In this document: piece by piece, positions 43,386-54,057 of the stretch | Position numbering within the stretch: position 1 is the stretch's first letter | Layout: each line of letters starts with the position of its first letter | Assembly (NCBI GenBank): GCA_051252375.1 | Contig: JBPOFY010000002.1 | Location: forward strand, 160,001 to 224,000 | DNA from: Opitutaceae bacterium | Lineage (GTDB): Bacteria > Verrucomicrobiota > Verrucomicrobiia > Opitutales > Coraliomargaritaceae | Direction: 5' to 3' | DNA: 64,000 bases | Program-made: the position numbers and the translations under genes | The notes under the pieces: model-generated | The model's input: only the letters and a program-made list of their open reading frames with translations | Told to the model about the DNA's origin: nothing | Databases searched by the model: none

Positions 43386-44159
43386 ATGAGTCTATTACAC
43401 ACACCACCGAACCGCCCAGCAGGGAAGTCCATCCAGTTGATGTCGACATGCCTCTGCGACGCTTTTTATGCAGACGTTGCGCAGGCGACAGTCGAAGTCT
43501 TGGAATTCCTCGGCTGCGACATCGAACTGCCCGACGGCCAAACATGCTGCGGTCAGCCTGCATTTAATTCCGGCGACTGGGCGAACTCTCGCAAGGTTGT
43601 GCGTCACACCGCGAAAGTATTCGCCGGCGACAAACCGATCGTGGTGCCATCAGGCTCATGCGCGGCGATGATCTTTCACGGCGCTCCACTCGAGTTCGAA
43701 AAAGAAGCCGATTTGCCCGTAATACGTGCACTCGCTGATCGCACTTGGGAATTACTCGACTTTATCGTCCATGGTCTCGGTGTCACCGAATGGCCCGGCA
43801 AGTTCGACGCCAAGATCACCGTGCACCGCAGCTGCCACTTACGCGGCACAAAAAGCCCGGAAGCGATGGCCACCCTACTCGACTCCATTGAAGGCCTTCA
43901 AGTGGAGCCAATCGACGAAACCGAGCAATGTTGCGGTTTCGGCGGGACATTTGCTGTCACCTTCCCCAATATCTCGAACAGCATGGGCACTCTAAAGATT
44001 GAAAAACTCATCGCCTGCAAACCAGACATCGTCGCCGCAGCCGACATGGGTTGCATGATGCACTTTGGCGGCATGATGGAAAAACAAGGCCTACCGCAAA
44101 AGCGGATGCACGTCGCACAGATCCTTCGCGACTCACTTAAAAACGCTGGTAAGATCTAA
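43386..44159 (+). CDS. lutA: L-lactate utilisation protein LutA/LldE (CCG domains)
   Basis: QTCCGQP, PSGSC, H.SCH and CCGFGGTF. Confidence 0.9.
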   Translation: MSLLHTPPNRPAGKSIQLMSTCLCDAFYADVAQATVEVLEFLGCDIELPDGQTCCGQPAFNSGDWANSRKVVRHTAKVFAGDKPIVVPSGSCAAMIFHGAPLEFEKEADLPVIRALADRTWELLDFIVHGLGVTEWPGKFDAKITVHRSCHLRGTKSPEAMATLLDSIEGLQVEPIDETEQCCGFGGTFAVTFPNISNSMGTLKIEKLIACKPDIVAAADMGCMMHFGGMMEKQGLPQKRMHVAQILRDSLKNAGKI

Positions 44160-44162
44160 TAG

Positions 44163-45557
44163 ATGAAAACAAAGCAACAAATCGACCGCACCGCACGCGA
44201 CCTCGACCCCGAAGTTCACGATTCGAACTTCATGGGCGCTAAGCTCAAATCCGAGCGACGCTACAACACGCTCTTTCGCGACTACGACGACCCAAACAAG
44301 CTCCGCGAAGTCGCCGGCAACATCAAACAGCACACACTCGAGCACCTCGACACTTACCTTGAGCAAGCCGAGGAATCTTTTAAGCGAAACGGTGCACAAG
44401 TTCACTACGCCATCGATGATGCAGCCGTGAATGCACAAGTCCTTCGCATCATGAACGAGACCGGCTCTCAGACCATGGTAAAGTCGAAGAGTATGTTGAC
44501 CGAAGAAGTCCACATGCTCGACTACTTGGAGAAGAACGGCAAAACCGTAGTCGAAACCGACCTTGGTGAATTCATTCTTCAAATCGACGGCGACCACCCT
44601 TCTCACATCGTCACACCAATCGTGCACAAAAACCGCCGCGGCATCGCCAAGAGTTTTGAACGCGAAGGTCTCGGTGATTATAACGACGATCCGGAAACTA
44701 TCACACGCCGCGCCCGCAAACACCTGCGTCAAAAATACATCGACGCCGAAGTCGGTCTCACTGGCGGTAACTTCGTATCCGCGGAATCAGGACGTATCGT
44801 GCTCGTCACTAATGAGGGCAACGCTCGCTTCTGTATGGCCGCGAATAAAATTCACATCGCGGTGATCGGGATCGAAAAACTCGTGCCAACTGACCGTGAC
44901 CTCGGCTTGTTTATCAATTTGATCGGTCGCTCCGGCACAGGCCAACAAGTCACCGTTTACAACCAGTTTATCAGCGGCCCGAAAAAAGATAGCCAACCAC
45001 ACGGTCCAGAGCAAATGCACGTCATCTTCGTCGACAACCGTCGCACCGAAGTGCTCGCCAGTGATTGCCGCGAAATTCTTCGCTGTATCCGTTGCGGTGC
45101 TTGCTTGAATGTTTGCCCGATCTATCGCCAGTCCGGCGGTCATGCATACCGCAGTGTCTATCCTGGTCCCGTGGGTGCCGTGCTCAGTCCACTGCTTGCG
45201 GGTAACCGCTTCCCTGAGCTAGCCGACTTACCCAAAGCATCCAGCCTCTGTGGTGCTTGTAACGAAGTCTGCCCAGTGAACATTCCAATTCCCGACCTGC
45301 TGCTACGATTACGCGACAAAGCTAAACGTGAAGGCGCCAAAGAAGCAATGAAGGGCACACCAAACCTCGGCATGTGGGCGACACTTTGTTCACAGCCAAC
45401 GATGTGGAAAACGGCTCTCTCCATGGGACACACCATGAATTACATCCCAACCGAGATGATCCCGCACCCTTCTGCTAAATCATGGCAAGGTGCGCGCAAA
45501 CTGCCTAAGTTTGAAGGTGGCGATTTCCGCAAGTGGTTTAAGAAAAGAGCTAAATAG
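44163..45557 (+). CDS. lutB: L-lactate utilisation Fe-S protein LutB/LldF
   Basis: KSKSM, ETDLGE, PSHIV, TNEGN, CIRCGACLNVCP and LCGACNEVCPV. Confidence 0.93.
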   Translation: MKTKQQIDRTARDLDPEVHDSNFMGAKLKSERRYNTLFRDYDDPNKLREVAGNIKQHTLEHLDTYLEQAEESFKRNGAQVHYAIDDAAVNAQVLRIMNETGSQTMVKSKSMLTEEVHMLDYLEKNGKTVVETDLGEFILQIDGDHPSHIVTPIVHKNRRGIAKSFEREGLGDYNDDPETITRRARKHLRQKYIDAEVGLTGGNFVSAESGRIVLVTNEGNARFCMAANKIHIAVIGIEKLVPTDRDLGLFINLIGRSGTGQQVTVYNQFISGPKKDSQPHGPEQMHVIFVDNRRTEVLASDCREILRCIRCGACLNVCPIYRQSGGHAYRSVYPGPVGAVLSPLLAGNRFPELADLPKASSLCGACNEVCPVNIPIPDLLLRLRDKAKREGAKEAMKGTPNLGMWATLCSQPTMWKTALSMGHTMNYIPTEMIPHPSAKSWQGARKLPKFEGGDFRKWFKKRAK

Positions 45558-45613
45558 TTAATGAGCACATCGCATCATTCAGCACAAGTCATCACACTTT
45601 AATTATTCATACA

Positions 45614-46225
45614 ATGAGTTCAGATAGAGAAACAATCTTCTCCGCCATCCGCGCAGCACTCGCCCCCTTGCCCAAACGCGCCGCGAAACCGGACTGGCCG
45701 ACAGAGTTGGTCATCTCCAACCCTTCCGGCACCTTCAACAGCTTGAAGGCGCAGTTTGCTGACCGCTTAGCATTTGCCAGTGGCCGCTACTACGACTCCG
45801 TCCCTGTCCTTGCCGACTTCCTTAAGGCAGAAGGTAGCACACTGGGTTATTGCGACCCCACGCTGGTCTCGCTCTTTGAAGGCATCGAAGGTCTGGAAAT
45901 CGACACTGAGTTCGACGACAGCAAGATCAACGATTACACATTCGGCATCACTCGCGCCACAGCAGGTGTCGCCGAAAGTGGCACCATCATGTTGACCGAC
46001 ACGGACACTTCTTGCCGACTCGGCGCACTCGCGCCTTGGATCCATATCGCCGTGCTGGATGAGGCCGACATCGTGCCACACTTCCCTGCCGCGATTGAGC
46101 GCTTCGGCGACGACCGTTCCATTATTTTTGCGACCGGCCCTTCCAAAACGGCCGACGTTGAAGGCATTCTGATTGAAGGCGTCCATGGACCAGGCATTCA
46201 GATCGCCCTAGTTATTTCAAAGTAA
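45614..46225 (+). CDS. lutC: L-lactate utilisation protein LutC/LldG (LUD domain)
   Basis: AESGT and TGPSKTADVE.ILIEGVHGP. Confidence 0.92.
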   Translation: MSSDRETIFSAIRAALAPLPKRAAKPDWPTELVISNPSGTFNSLKAQFADRLAFASGRYYDSVPVLADFLKAEGSTLGYCDPTLVSLFEGIEGLEIDTEFDDSKINDYTFGITRATAGVAESGTIMLTDTDTSCRLGALAPWIHIAVLDEADIVPHFPAAIERFGDDRSIIFATGPSKTADVEGILIEGVHGPGIQIALVISK

Positions 46226-46318
46226 GCTACCAACTTTCTATACCGACCAATTCCATTAAACGTTCCTCATACCGAAGAACGATTAATTACATATTAAACA
46301 TCACACATAAGAAACATT

Positions 46319-47416
46319 ATGAGCACTGATATGAAAGAATACGTCGAATATATTAATAACCTCAGCGGGAAGATCCTCCTCGGATGTGACGGCTTTGTTG
46401 ACGAAACTTACGAGATCGTCGAAGAGCGGAAAAGTCAGACCGACTTTTCCACCATGGAAAACCTCAAGGACTTCGGCGAGCTGATCGTCAAACGGTCCGG
46501 TGGCGGAGTTGGCGTTGAAATCGTTCCAAAACGTCGCTGCGAAGGTGGCTTCGGTATCAACACCGGTCGCATGGCTGCCTGCTTAGGTCTCAAGCCTGTG
46601 CTGCCCGGCTTATATGGCGCGAAAGAAATCGACCCAGCCTACGAGCAATTCGTAGACACCTGCGAACTGACTTCACTCGGCGATCCAGCGCTGACACTCG
46701 CTTTCGAGTTTCAAAACGGGAAGCTCTTGATGAGCGATCTAGGTGCAGTCTCCAATCTGAAGTGGGACGACTTTGAAAAGCACTTCACGGCAGAACAGAT
46801 CAAAGAGATCTTCTCGAACGTCGATATTCTTGGTTTGGGCTATTGGTCACTCACAGCTAACTTTGACGACCTCTTCAAGGGCTTCATGAAGCAGTATGAA
46901 ACACTCGATGCACCACGTCGTATGTTCTTCGACTTCGCCGACATCAAAAAGAAATCCAGCGAGTCATTCGTGAAGTCACTCGACATGATCAAGCAGTATA
47001 ACAGCAAGATCCCGATGTCATTCAGCTTGAATCACCACGAGGTCATGGAGCTATGCTCGCGTGTCGGCGTTGAGTGCGCGGAAGCGACACCTGAAGCGAT
47101 CGTCGCCGCATTGCCGATCGCACGCGATAAGATCGGTTTCGACGAACTGGTCGTGCACACTCCAGACTTTGCCGTGGCTTCCAGCACTACAGAAGGCGAA
47201 GCCGTGGCCATGCAGGAGCGTCAAGCAAAGGTCATCCGTCTCGCGGGTGCCGGCGATAGTTTCAATGGTGGCTACATTTGCGCATCGCTCGGCAACTTGC
47301 CGATCAAACAACGCCTCGCTATGGCGAATGCAACAACCGCGTTCTTCGTCACAAAAGGCACCGGTCCAACTAAGGAGCAACTGATCGCCCAGATCGAAAA
47401 AGCTTCTGACAAATAA
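46319..47416 (+). CDS. PfkB-like carbohydrate kinase family protein
   Basis: C-terminal GAGDSFNGG signature; N-terminal GCDGFVD. Confidence 0.8.
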   Translation: MSTDMKEYVEYINNLSGKILLGCDGFVDETYEIVEERKSQTDFSTMENLKDFGELIVKRSGGGVGVEIVPKRRCEGGFGINTGRMAACLGLKPVLPGLYGAKEIDPAYEQFVDTCELTSLGDPALTLAFEFQNGKLLMSDLGAVSNLKWDDFEKHFTAEQIKEIFSNVDILGLGYWSLTANFDDLFKGFMKQYETLDAPRRMFFDFADIKKKSSESFVKSLDMIKQYNSKIPMSFSLNHHEVMELCSRVGVECAEATPEAIVAALPIARDKIGFDELVVHTPDFAVASSTTEGEAVAMQERQAKVIRLAGAGDSFNGGYICASLGNLPIKQRLAMANATTAFFVTKGTGPTKEQLIAQIEKASDK

Positions 47417-47437
47417 CACTCAACTCCTTGGATCGAA

Positions 47438-48619
47438 ATGAAGACATTATACAAACTCCCACTCCTCAGCCCTGAATCGACTGAAGGATTTCAATCAGTA
47501 AATATCTCCGCCGAAGCAGGCTCGAAGACAAACTGGTCCGTCAAATCATACACCCTACGCGGTGGACTCCAAGAAGGTGTTCAAGTTGTTGAAATCAACA
47601 ACGGCAAACTCACCTTCGCCGTGCTCCCCACACGTGGTATGGGCATCTGGAAAGGCCAGTGCGGTGACATTTCAATTGGTTGGGACTCCCCAGTCAAAGA
47701 TCCGGTCAACCCCGCGTTCATCAATCTAGAAGAACGTGGCGGCCTCGGCTGGCTGAAGGGCTTCAACGAATGGTTCGTGCGCTGCGGTGTTAACAGCATG
47801 GGTGCTCCTGGCATCGATACAGTTCTCGACTACAGCGGCAACGAATTTGAAGTGCCACTCACCCTGCACGGTAAAATCGCAAACATTCCCGCACGTGCGG
47901 TGTGTTTGGAAATCACCGAAGACGCCATCATTCTGAAAGGCGAAGTCGATGAAACCATGATGTTCGGTCCAGCCCTGCGCCTCAACACTGAGCTCCGCAC
48001 AGAGTTCGGCACAGGCACGATGACGATTACCGACACAGTGACCAACCTCGGTAACAATCCGCAAGAGCACGAGATGCTTTACCATATCAACTATGGTGAA
48101 CCACTTCTTGAAAAAGGTTCCAGTCTCGTCGCGCCCTTCAAACAAGTCGCGCCCCGCGATCCGCGCTCAGTCGAAGGCATCGACACATTCGATCAATACG
48201 GCGCGCCCGAGATCGGATTCGTGGAGCAAGCTTACAAGTATGAATTAGTGGGCCAACGCGGCAGCCGCCAAACGATGGTCATGCTGCGTAATGCTGAAGG
48301 CGATAAGGCTTCCCTGCTGCGCTACTCACTCAATGACTTCCCTTGTTTCACACAATGGAAGAATACCGCAGGCAAAGCCGACGGCTATGTCACTGGCCTA
48401 GAGCCAGCAACGAACTATCCCAACTCTCGTCGCTATGAAAGATCGAAAGGTCGCGTCATAACCCTAGCTGGAGGTGAGTCGCGCACAACAAGGCTCACGA
48501 TCGATACATTAGACACTAAAAAAGCAATCAAAGCTGCTGAAGTAGAAATCAAAAAACTACAAAAAACAGTCAAAGCTAAGGTGCACCCCCTTCCTGTGCC
48601 TCGCTTATCGGATTGCTAA
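47438..48619 (+). CDS. Aldose-1-epimerase-like protein (DUF4432)
   Basis: LRGGLQEGV, PTRGM, LHGKIAN, LYHINYG and GLEPATNYP. Confidence 0.85.
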   Translation: MKTLYKLPLLSPESTEGFQSVNISAEAGSKTNWSVKSYTLRGGLQEGVQVVEINNGKLTFAVLPTRGMGIWKGQCGDISIGWDSPVKDPVNPAFINLEERGGLGWLKGFNEWFVRCGVNSMGAPGIDTVLDYSGNEFEVPLTLHGKIANIPARAVCLEITEDAIILKGEVDETMMFGPALRLNTELRTEFGTGTMTITDTVTNLGNNPQEHEMLYHINYGEPLLEKGSSLVAPFKQVAPRDPRSVEGIDTFDQYGAPEIGFVEQAYKYELVGQRGSRQTMVMLRNAEGDKASLLRYSLNDFPCFTQWKNTAGKADGYVTGLEPATNYPNSRRYERSKGRVITLAGGESRTTRLTIDTLDTKKAIKAAEVEIKKLQKTVKAKVHPLPVPRLSDC

Positions 48620-48631
48620 TCCAAATATTGG

Positions 48632-48666
48632 GTCACTTCACATCTCGACTTGGGATGTGAAGTGGC
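48632..48666 (+). terminator. Stem-loop after the epimerase-like gene
   Basis: GTCACTTCACATCTC-loop-GGGATGTGAAGTGGC; no U-tract. Confidence 0.45.
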
Positions 48667-48689
48667 ATTATCCCCACCCCTAAACTCCT

Positions 48690-50252
48690 ATGGCTATTTG
48701 CTACATTGGCTGCGATGCCTCACTGATCGAGCTTATCAAAAGCGTTCCTGAATTCAGTGAGCACGAAATCCTTGAGGTTCAATTTCCCATCTCTGCTTCT
48801 GAGCTTGAGATCGACGTCCTCATCGCCGGACCAAACTCTGCAAATCTACCGCGACTAGCGGCTACGATTTCTGATTGGAATCTCCCGCCCTCGACACTCT
48901 TCATACTACCCGTAGAAGGTTACGATGACGCGGTTGAAGTGCTGCGCCATCACCCCCGTATGGGTCGCTCCATCGATTTCTGTCCGAATGAAAAAGATGC
49001 AGTCTTGGCAGGTATTCACCGCGCTCACACGTTTTTCACAAAGCGTGAATCTCTCAAGATCGACAATTCGCTTTCGGGCAATTTCAACACCAATAACATT
49101 TCCCCACGCTGGCTCTTTCAAACAATGATGGAGCATATGGACGAGTATATCTACTTTAAGGACAGCGAATCAAAGTTCCTCGCAGTCAGTCGATACCTCT
49201 CTGACAGTTGCGGCAAAGATGACCCATCCGATGTTTTGGGCATGCGCGACTTTGACTTCTTCGACCGTCAACACGCCGAGGATGCCTACCATGACGAACG
49301 CAAGATCGCTACAGGCGAACTGAGTGAACTCTACAAAGAAGAGCAAATCCTCAAAGACGGTAAAGTCGCTTGGGTCGCCTCACGAAAGCTCCCCTTACAC
49401 ACTCGCTCTAATTTCCTCGCGGGCTCTTTCGGCCTCTCACGTGATGTCACCGAAGAAAAAGAACTCCACCAAAAACTAGAGCGCAACCACGAGCGCATGC
49501 AGTCCGAACTGCTACTCGCCCGCAACCTACAGAGCACGCTTATGCAACAGAGCGTGCCTACTTTTGATGGTGCCGACGGAGCGGCGGGCCTAGAGCTCGC
49601 CACCAAATACATCCCTTCTTTCCATCTCAGCGGTGACTTCTTTTCAATTATTAAGACCAAAGATGGCGGAGCCGCCATTCTCGTCGCCGATGTAATGGGC
49701 CACGGGGTGCGTGCCGCGATGGTCACCGCGATGATCCAAATCGCTGTGCAACAACTACAGGACTATGCCTGCCAGCCTGCCGAGTTCATGACCCGCCTCA
49801 ATGAGATGATGCGTAGCACCATGCAACCGATCGGCGAGACGATCTTCGCCACTGCAGTTTACAGCTACATCGATTTAGACAACAAGCAACTGACCTATGC
49901 TCAAGCAGGCGCGCGTCACGGCGTGTATGTGCCTAGTGTCAGCAACGAAGCCGTCGTTTTTGAAAGTTCATCCATCAGTCCCGCCCTCGGTCTCATCCCC
50001 AATGTGCAATTTACTGAAAGCAGACAAAGCCTCGAAGCCGGTGACGAAATCATTCTCTACACCGATGGCATCATCGAAGCAGCCATGGGCGACGAAGAAT
50101 ACAGCGAAAAACGGATGATCGACTTCCTTATGGAGCACCGCCGTGACAACCTCCCTGACATGCTGAACGAACTACTCAGCTCAGTCGCGACATTCACCAA
50201 GACTAAAGAGCTAGATGATGACGTCTGCCTCATCGGTCTACGCATCCTCTAA
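48690..50252 (+). CDS. PAS-domain SpoIIE/PP2C serine phosphatase
   Basis: IYFKD...PAS/PAC region, then SGDFF, ADVMGHG, YTDGIIE and DDDVCL. Confidence 0.9.
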   Translation: MAICYIGCDASLIELIKSVPEFSEHEILEVQFPISASELEIDVLIAGPNSANLPRLAATISDWNLPPSTLFILPVEGYDDAVEVLRHHPRMGRSIDFCPNEKDAVLAGIHRAHTFFTKRESLKIDNSLSGNFNTNNISPRWLFQTMMEHMDEYIYFKDSESKFLAVSRYLSDSCGKDDPSDVLGMRDFDFFDRQHAEDAYHDERKIATGELSELYKEEQILKDGKVAWVASRKLPLHTRSNFLAGSFGLSRDVTEEKELHQKLERNHERMQSELLLARNLQSTLMQQSVPTFDGADGAAGLELATKYIPSFHLSGDFFSIIKTKDGGAAILVADVMGHGVRAAMVTAMIQIAVQQLQDYACQPAEFMTRLNEMMRSTMQPIGETIFATAVYSYIDLDNKQLTYAQAGARHGVYVPSVSNEAVVFESSSISPALGLIPNVQFTESRQSLEAGDEIILYTDGIIEAAMGDEEYSEKRMIDFLMEHRRDNLPDMLNELLSSVATFTKTKELDDDVCLIGLRIL

Positions 50253-50296
50253 GCACGCAGCCCATCGATACCTATCGATGACTTCTTCCGGTAAAT

Positions 50297-50372
50297 GGTA
50301 GGGACGACTGCCCCCAGTCGTCCGTCCCTCCCGGCAAGATACTGTGGACGCATGAGGGCATGCGTCCCTACC
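50297..50372. repeat. GTAG-type REP doublet
   Basis: GGTAGGGACGACTG-CCC-CAGTCGTCC and GGACGCATG-AGGG-CATGCGTCCCTACC. Confidence 0.75.
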
Positions 50373-50400
50373 TATTGAGCCACAGATTGATATTACCCGC

Positions 50401-51252
50401 CTAAGCACGCATCCGAACCGAACTGGGCGAACAGCCCATCGTCTTCCGGAAGACGCGGGAAAAATGCAAGGGGTCTTCATAGCCCAATTCCTGACCAACA
50501 GCGCCGACTTGAAGTTGCCCATCGCGCAACAGTAGCCAAGCGGCACTCATCTTGCGGTGCAGTAAGAACTGATATGGCGAATCACCGTGATACTTTTTGA
50601 AGATCCGGCACAGATACTCACCACTATAGCCAGAACGTTTCGCCAAATCCTTCAGCGAATGCAGGGTTCGATACTCTCGCTGCAAAATATCCATCGTTAA
50701 ATCATATACTTTACGCGATCCGGAACGATCCCCCTTCGCGGTGCCTTTGTGTCGATTGATCTGAGCCAGTAAGACCGCTTCCAAGCCATCCACGATCTGC
50801 GGCGTCTGCGAATCACTACTTTCACCCTCATCCAGCATTTGATCAAAAATTGATACAATCGGCGCCGCGTTGCCGAGTTGAAGGATCCGTCCCGGGCGCA
50901 AACCGATACGCTCCCAAGCCACCGGAAAATCAGCACCCCCAACCGCCATAAAATACTTACGAAAGGGCCGTTCACTCTCATTGCTAAAGCACTGCGCAAC
51001 GTCTGGACCATACGTAAATACCGCGCCATGACGCAGTCGCCGCTGTTGGCTCTCCTCCTGATACACACCGTGCCCGCCGGCAATAAATTCCAAGGTCCAA
51101 AAAGGAAAGCTAATCCGGTCAATTAAATAGTCAGCGGCACATTCTTCATAACCCATCATAAAGATACGCTCAGGCGCCTCTTGCCCTCTTGAGAAGTTTG
51201 CATAACGCCCTTTTGCGATCTGAGGGGAAAGCTCTAGTGGGAAATCCTGCAT
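50401..51252 (-). CDS. AraC-family regulator, divergent from fucI
   Basis: C-terminal dual HTH YLCRIFKK...LGYEDPLHFSRVFRKTMGCSP. Confidence 0.93.
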   Translation of the reverse strand: MQDFPLELSPQIAKGRYANFSRGQEAPERIFMMGYEECAADYLIDRISFPFWTLEFIAGGHGVYQEESQQRRLRHGAVFTYGPDVAQCFSNESERPFRKYFMAVGGADFPVAWERIGLRPGRILQLGNAAPIVSIFDQMLDEGESSDSQTPQIVDGLEAVLLAQINRHKGTAKGDRSGSRKVYDLTMDILQREYRTLHSLKDLAKRSGYSGEYLCRIFKKYHGDSPYQFLLHRKMSAAWLLLRDGQLQVGAVGQELGYEDPLHFSRVFRKTMGCSPSSVRMRA

Positions 51253-51374
51253 TTTAATCTATCTATTTTTTGTTCAATAATATCCATATATGATCAGTTA
51301 TTTCTCTAGTGGACAAGTCTACTTTCAGCTAGAATACTCGCTTTCATTTTCAATCCATAAACAAAGACAAAATC

Positions 51375-53159
51375 ATGAATAACTATCCCTTCAAATTCCC
51401 CAAGATCGGCATTCGTCCAACAATCGATGGTCGCCTTGGTGGCGTGCGTGAGTCGCTTGACGACATCACAATGAACATGGCAAAGCGCGTCGCTGCTCTC
51501 TACACGAAAGAGCTTCGCAATCCAGACGGCAGCCCGGTCGAATGCGTCATCGCAGACACCAACATCGGCGGCGTGCGTGAAGCAGCTGCTTGCGAAGAAA
51601 AGTTTAAGCGCGAAGGCGTTGGTCTCAGCCTGACAGTCACCCCTTGCTGGTGCTACGGTTCTGAGACAATGGACATGGATCCGCATCGCCCGAAAGCGAT
51701 CTGGGGCTTCAATGGCACTGAGCGCCCTGGCGCTGTGTATTTGGCAGCAGCACTTGCTGGCCACACTCAAAAAGGCATCCCAGCCTTTGGCATTTATGGT
51801 AAGGACGTGCAAGAAGCTGGTGACGAAACCATGCCAGAAGACGTCGTTGAAAAACTCCTCAACTTCGCACGTGCAGGCCTCGCAGTCGGCTTCATGAAGG
51901 GCAAAGCATACCTCTCCATGGGTGGCACGTCCATGGGCATCGCAGGTTCGGTCGTCGACTCCTCATTCTGGGAGCGCACACTCGGCATGCGTGTTGAAGC
52001 AATCGACATGACTGAGTTCGTCGGCCGCATGAACAAGGGCATCTACGATCAAGCTGAATTTGATAAAGCCCTCAAATGGGTCAAAGAAAACTGCCCGGAA
52101 GGTAAAGACTACAACAGCGAAGACACACAACGCAGCCGCGAGCAACTCGACTCCGAGTGGACTGATTCGGTCAAGATGGCACTCATCGCCCGCGACTTGA
52201 TGGTCGGCAACGACGAACTCGCGAAAGCTGGCTACGGCGAACAAGCCCAAGGTCACTACGCAATCGCTGCTGGCTTCCAAGGCCAACGCCAATGGACCGA
52301 CCACTTCCCGAACGGTGACTTCATGGAAGCCATCCTCAACACATCCTTCGATTGGAACGGCAAACGCCCACCTTACATCGTCGCGACAGAGAACGACGCG
52401 CTCAACGGCGCAGGCATGTTGTTTGGTCAACTCCTGACAAACAGCGCACAAATCTTCGCTGACCTTCGCACTTACTGGAGTCCTGACGCAGTGGCTCGTG
52501 TTGCTGACGGTTACAAACTCGAAGGCGCTGGCGCAGACGGTCTCCTCCACTTGATCAACTCCGGCCCTGCTGCACTTGATGGCACAGGCGACCAGACTGA
52601 TGCCGAAGGCAACCCAACGATGAAGCCCTTCTGGGAAATCACCGACGAGGAAGCTGACGCAAGTCTCAAGAACACCACTTGGCACCCATCCATCACGGAA
52701 TACTTCCCAGGTGGCGGCATGAGCACACGCTTTAAGACAAAGGGTGGCATGAAGGCTACAATGATTCGCCTCAACCTCGCTGCGGGTCTCGGTCCTTGCC
52801 TACAGATCGCTGAAGGTTGGACCGTCGAACTTCCAGAGAAGGTGCACGACGCACTCGACGAGCGCACCAACCCAAGCTGGCCGACCACATGGTTCGCTCC
52901 TCGCCTGACTGGCGAAGGCGCATTCCGCTCGACTTATGAAGTCATGAACAACTGGGGCGCCAACCACTGCGTGATGACTGCAGGCCACGTCGGTAATCTC
53001 TACATCACATTGGCATCCATGCTGCGCATTCCAGTTTACATGCACAATGTGGAAGAAGAGCGCGTCTTCCGTCCGAGCTCATGGCGCGCCTTTGGCACTG
53101 CCGACCTCGAAGGTGCTGACTTCCGTGCCTGCGAGTCATACGGCCCGCTTTACACCTAA
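51375..53159 (+). CDS. fucI: L-fucose isomerase
   Basis: [43 protein letters not shown] and WGANH. Confidence 0.97.
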   Translation: MNNYPFKFPKIGIRPTIDGRLGGVRESLDDITMNMAKRVAALYTKELRNPDGSPVECVIADTNIGGVREAAACEEKFKREGVGLSLTVTPCWCYGSETMDMDPHRPKAIWGFNGTERPGAVYLAAALAGHTQKGIPAFGIYGKDVQEAGDETMPEDVVEKLLNFARAGLAVGFMKGKAYLSMGGTSMGIAGSVVDSSFWERTLGMRVEAIDMTEFVGRMNKGIYDQAEFDKALKWVKENCPEGKDYNSEDTQRSREQLDSEWTDSVKMALIARDLMVGNDELAKAGYGEQAQGHYAIAAGFQGQRQWTDHFPNGDFMEAILNTSFDWNGKRPPYIVATENDALNGAGMLFGQLLTNSAQIFADLRTYWSPDAVARVADGYKLEGAGADGLLHLINSGPAALDGTGDQTDAEGNPTMKPFWEITDEEADASLKNTTWHPSITEYFPGGGMSTRFKTKGGMKATMIRLNLAAGLGPCLQIAEGWTVELPEKVHDALDERTNPSWPTTWFAPRLTGEGAFRSTYEVMNNWGANHCVMTAGHVGNLYITLASMLRIPVYMHNVEEERVFRPSSWRAFGTADLEGADFRACESYGPLYT

Positions 53160-53175
53160 GCGCCTTCACAGATGC

Positions 53176-53284
53176 GAACATCGAACGCTCAACGTCCAAC
53201 GCTCAACTTTGAATAGAATGAAGCTTCCCGTATTGAGGTCGCGTAATTCAACATTCGATGTTGAACGTTCGACGTTCGATGTTC
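53176..53284. repeat. Inverted pair of 7-bp tandem repeat tracts
   Basis: GAACATC GAACGCT CAACGTC CAACGCT ... GATGTTG AACGTTC GACGTTC GATGTTC. Confidence 0.75.
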
Positions 53285-53297
53285 ACTAGCACTTTCG

Positions 53298-53334
53298 AAA
53301 CTCCCGTGCTGCTCGGCGGCACGGGAGTTTTTTT
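53298..53334 (+). terminator. Rho-independent terminator between fucI and fucU
   Basis: AAACTCCCGTGCTG-CT-CGGCGGCACGGGAGTTTTTTT. Confidence 0.8.
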
Positions 53335-53364
53335 CTAAAAAAATAACCTCAAAACCACACAATT

Positions 53365-53796
53365 ATGCTCAAAGGTATCTCCCCTCTCATTTCCCCTGAA
53401 CTTCTCTCCACACTCGCCCGTATGGGGCATGGTGACGAAATCATTTTGGCCGACGCGCACTTCCCGGCTGAATCCTTCAATGCCAACGTCATCCGCGCCG
53501 ATGGACTACGCATTCCCGATCTACTCGATGCGATTCTCCCACTCATGGAACTCGACGCCTACGTGCCCACACCACTCTTTATGATGGCCGCCGTCGAAGG
53601 CGACACCCTCGACCCACAAGTCGAGACCGACTACCGCGCCGCCATCGAGAAACACGTGCCAAAAGCACCCGCAACCGAACGCATCGACCGCTTCGCTTTC
53701 TACGACCGCGCCGAAGACGCCTTCGCCGTCGTCATGACCGGTGAACTCGCCAAATACGGCAACATCATCCTGAAAAAAGGCGTCACCCCCTGCTAA
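53365..53796 (+). CDS. fucU: L-fucose mutarotase
   Basis: [32 protein letters not shown]...RFAFY...[10 protein letters not shown]. Confidence 0.95.
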   Translation: MLKGISPLISPELLSTLARMGHGDEIILADAHFPAESFNANVIRADGLRIPDLLDAILPLMELDAYVPTPLFMMAAVEGDTLDPQVETDYRAAIEKHVPKAPATERIDRFAFYDRAEDAFAVVMTGELAKYGNIILKKGVTPC

Positions 53797-53827
53797 GTTA
53801 GCAACTACACAGGCAGGCACTTGCCGA

Positions 53828-53884
53828 GCATCTCAAGTCGAAACTGGACAGCGCCTAACGGCGCGCCAGTATTCTACGACAGAT
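53828..53884 (+). repeat. Degenerate attC-like site
   Basis: AAGTC ...ACTGG..GCGCCTAACGGCGC..CCAGT.. TCTAC GACAGAT, with the same spacers as the attC at 54575. Confidence 0.5.
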
Positions 53885-54037
53885 GTTCTTCGTCCTAGGC
53901 GCATTATCGATCGCCTGGGGCTGTTTCGTATTCGATCATCGAGGGTCTCTCCTCGAAGACTACCATTTTGTGTCGATCTTTTCATTGCGACTGGGATCTA
54001 CTACAATCGACAGAATAAAATTGACAAAAAGCACAAC

Positions 54038-54057
54038 ATGGACAGTATGCTGTCCAT
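54038..54057 (+). promoter_or_regulatory. Autoregulatory operator palindrome of yefM-yoeB
   Basis: ATGGACAG-TATG-CTGTCCAT overlapping a TATGCT -10-like box, directly before the ATG; TTGACA at 54021. Confidence 0.7.
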
